Below the pieces are notes generated by a model. The model saw only the letters and a list, made by a program, of their open reading frames with translations. It had not been told where the DNA came from and did not search any database. A stretch of DNA of 64,000 nucleotides, taken from NCBI GenBank assembly GCA_013239625.1, contig MU054925.1, positions 1,434,829-1,498,828 on the forward strand. Reading direction: 5' to 3'. The translations under genes were made by a program, and so were the position numbers. Origin of the DNA: Lama guanicoe. Its lineage: Eukaryota. Positions 61,341 to 64,000 of this stretch are shown here, piece by piece (within the stretch, counting starts at the first letter, position 1; each line of letters begins with the position of its first letter).

Positions 61341-64000
61341 AGTGAGTGAAGAGCTGTGATGTGGCTGGTGGGGGGGGGGCTCCCCCGTCCCGGAGGGGCT
61401 GACCTCAGCCAGGGAGGAATGTGCAGGAGGCGGAGGGCAGGGGTGGAGCGAGTGGGGGTAGGGCCCTAGCCAGAGACCCAGGGTTCCTAGTGGCCCCTCC
61501 CTCAGCCCCTCCATCTCAGCTCTGACATGGCTCTCAGAAAGGAAGGGAACAGGCAAGGAGGGGAGGAGCTGATCTTTCCAAAAAGGTGGGCCAGGGGTCT
61601 TCTGAGAGCATGGAAACCGGGCTAGAGGTGGGGTGGGGGCAGATGCCTGGCAGACCCTTCCAGGGAGATCCCCTGGGGTGGGCAGCAGATTGCCAGGGAA
61701 GTCAGGCCTCAGTTGGGCTCTCCAGGGCCCACTTCCCACCCCCCTACCCCTGCTTCCCTATTCCCCAAGCCTAAATCCTCCGGGTTGCACGTCCTAGTAC
61801 CCACGTGGCTGCCCGGAAGAGGGAAAGGTCGAGATGTTGGAGCCATCAGCCTTGATGGCTAAAGCAGGTGTGAGTGGGAGCCAAGGCCTGACCCAACCCA
61901 GGCTGGGCACTGGAAGGGTTGGCTGTAGCCTTCCTCAGATGGATGTCCTACCCCAGCCCGGCCACAACACCAGAGTCCGGGCAGGATGCCGAGGGGCAGG
62001 CCCAGCTGGTGATGAGGGGTGGGGAGGCAGGTGCTGGTGTCGGCAACACTGGGACTTGGCACAACAGTCTAGTTATTTCCAGAAGGAAAAACCGAGGCCT
62101 TGGCAGGCTGTGCCACTGACAGTTGGCACCAGGGACCCCTGCTGCCTCCCTTAGTTTCTTCTATTCTGTTGAGACCCAGGCCCAGGCTGCCTTGATTCCA
62201 GAATCCTTGGGGACTTCCAGAGCCCACTGTGACCCACAGCCAGTGACCCTGCCCCTGTAAGGCTGCCTCCATGAGGTCCCTATTCAGGGTCTGCTCTGCT
62301 GGGACCTGGGGTTAAGGAGCAGAAAGGAAACCTTGTGGGGCTGGGGACAACTTGAGCTCTGCGCTCTGGGGATCTTCCTTCCTGCCCCAGGGACAGAAGC
62401 TGGAAGGCAGTGCCAAGGGCTCAGGTGGGCCAAGGACAGCCTAGTCCCTTTGGCTGGTGGTTGAGTTCCAAGGTGTTGGGAAGATAGTTGGGAGTCCTGG
62501 TCCCATTTTCCACTATGGACACAGGGTGGCAGGGATGCAGCAGAGGCTGGGATCCTAGGCCTGAAGAACTAAAAGGAGTGGGGGCAGGTAGGGGGCACAG
62601 CGCGGGTGGGTGGGGACCTCAAAGGCACTTGCTGATCTTGGCTGCTTGGGTGGAAAATTGTAAACAGCCGAAGAATTTTGTTTGCTTGCACGGGGCCAGG
62701 GGAGGCTGCCCAGGTCCAAGGCAAAAGAGCCTGGGAGGAGGGAGAAGCCACATCTTGGAAGCCCAGGAGCTCAGGCTGGGCTGCGTCCCTCCACTCCCTC
62801 TCCCGAAGGCCCCTGGTCCTTCCACTGACCACCACCCTCCCTGGCCAACCAGCCAGCCTGGCCAGGCCAGGAACTCCAGGTCCTGAGGCTCAAGAAAGAG
62901 GGGCATGGCCATACCCTGGCTGAGCACAGACACTTCTACTCTAGGGGACTTGGCAGGAGGTGGGCAGCAGAACTCTGCATGCTTGAGGTGCTCTTACCGC
63001 CTCCCTCGCAGACCCCTGAGCAGCTGCTGATCAGCCTTGGGGAGGTTGGGAAGAGGATGCATTTGGGGGGCATTGAGGAGCAGACACTCACTCTTAAGCC
63101 CTGGTCTGTTCACCCAGGTGGACCTGAGGGCCCCACTCAGCCAATATCAACATTCAGCCCCTCCAAGAAAGTACCCCTGGCAATATAAATAGTGTGTGTC
63201 CACCAGATAACTTTAGGCCAAAAGCTTAGACCCTTCCCAGCTGAGATGTAGGAGCCCCGTCCTGTCCGTGAAGTTCCCTTGGCTACCTCGCTCTGTGTCT
63301 GGTTGAGCAGTTCCTCCCCCCTGCAACCTAGGAGGAAAGACTGAAGTCACCACGGAGGGGCATGCCCCCCACCTCCCAGCAGAGACGTGGGACTGCCTGT
63401 CCAGGCTGGGTCTCCGGATGGGCCCACATTCCACAGTGCAGAATAAGTAAGTCTTCCCACCTGCCCCTCTCCAGCCCTCCTCTTCCGCCCCAGACTGGCT
63501 GTCATCACAGCCACTGCCAGTCAGGTAGCAGAAGTACTAAGTGGCCCAAGCAATGAGGAGGGACTGGCACTGGGTCTTGGGGGCCATCAGATCTCTAGCT
63601 GAGAACCTCCTCCCCTGACCTCTGACCAGCCCTTCCTAGCCGGCACCTGGAACTGAGGAGGCAGCTGAGTCCCTCATTACCTGCCTCCAGCTCCCCAGCT
63701 GTGGAGGGACAGGTGAAAAACGCGAGTCCCTGGGGGTACCCGTCGAGCTGTTCCCTCTGCCTGTTGCACAGAGCTGCCTAGGGCGTCCCTGTTGCTTCTT
63801 CCTCCTTTGCCTTCGCTGGCTGATCCCCCTTGCAGGACAACTGCCTGGGGCATCCTATTGCTGTGAAGCCCGACAGGAGAGGGGTCAGCCCTACCTGCCT
63901 CTCCCTTGTGCCCACTCCACTCTGGCCCAGCCACCAACTCCAGCCGGTTCCCGGCTGCCTGCCCAGTCACCCGATCCGCCCCGTAAACTTGACGGCAGCG

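Noticed and set aside
63600-64000. Start of SEMA3B / SEMA3B-AS1
   Set aside because: Expected from synteny and CpG content rises at the end, but no exon can be identified inside the window.

Overview
Mammalian genomic DNA, not prokaryotic. It is the conserved SEMA3F-GNAT1-SLC38A3-GNAI2-(SEMA3B) block, orthologous to human 3p21.3, with all genes on the + strand. In order: the end of the SEMA3F 3'UTR (polyA signal 606-611); GNAT1, rod transducin alpha (8 coding exons, 350 aa); SLC38A3/SNAT3, system-N glutamine transporter (15 coding exons, 504 aa); and GNAI2 (355 aa expected, 7 of 8 coding exons visible, exon 6 apparently inside an N gap). Two tRNA-derived SINEs resemble the camelid Vic-1 family, suggesting a camel/alpaca genome (inference). 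I found no evidence of a novel protein-coding system; nearly all ORF-track entries are GC-rich noise. The best leads are regulatory and structural: a divergent CTCF-motif cluster, partly made by a 47-bp duplication, between SLC38A3 and GNAI2; an orphan CRE/ETS/CTCF CpG promoter just after GNAI2; an internal GNAI2 first exon giving an N-truncated 'MRGAGES' isoform; an interrupted sGi2-like tail in the GNAI2 3'UTR; liver-type HNF4/FOXA motifs in the GNAT1 3'UTR; a candidate pH-response AU element in the SLC38A3 3'UTR; and a 594-bp tandem duplication that may be an assembly artefact. Gene, repeat and isoform identifications rest on recalled reference sequences, not database searches.
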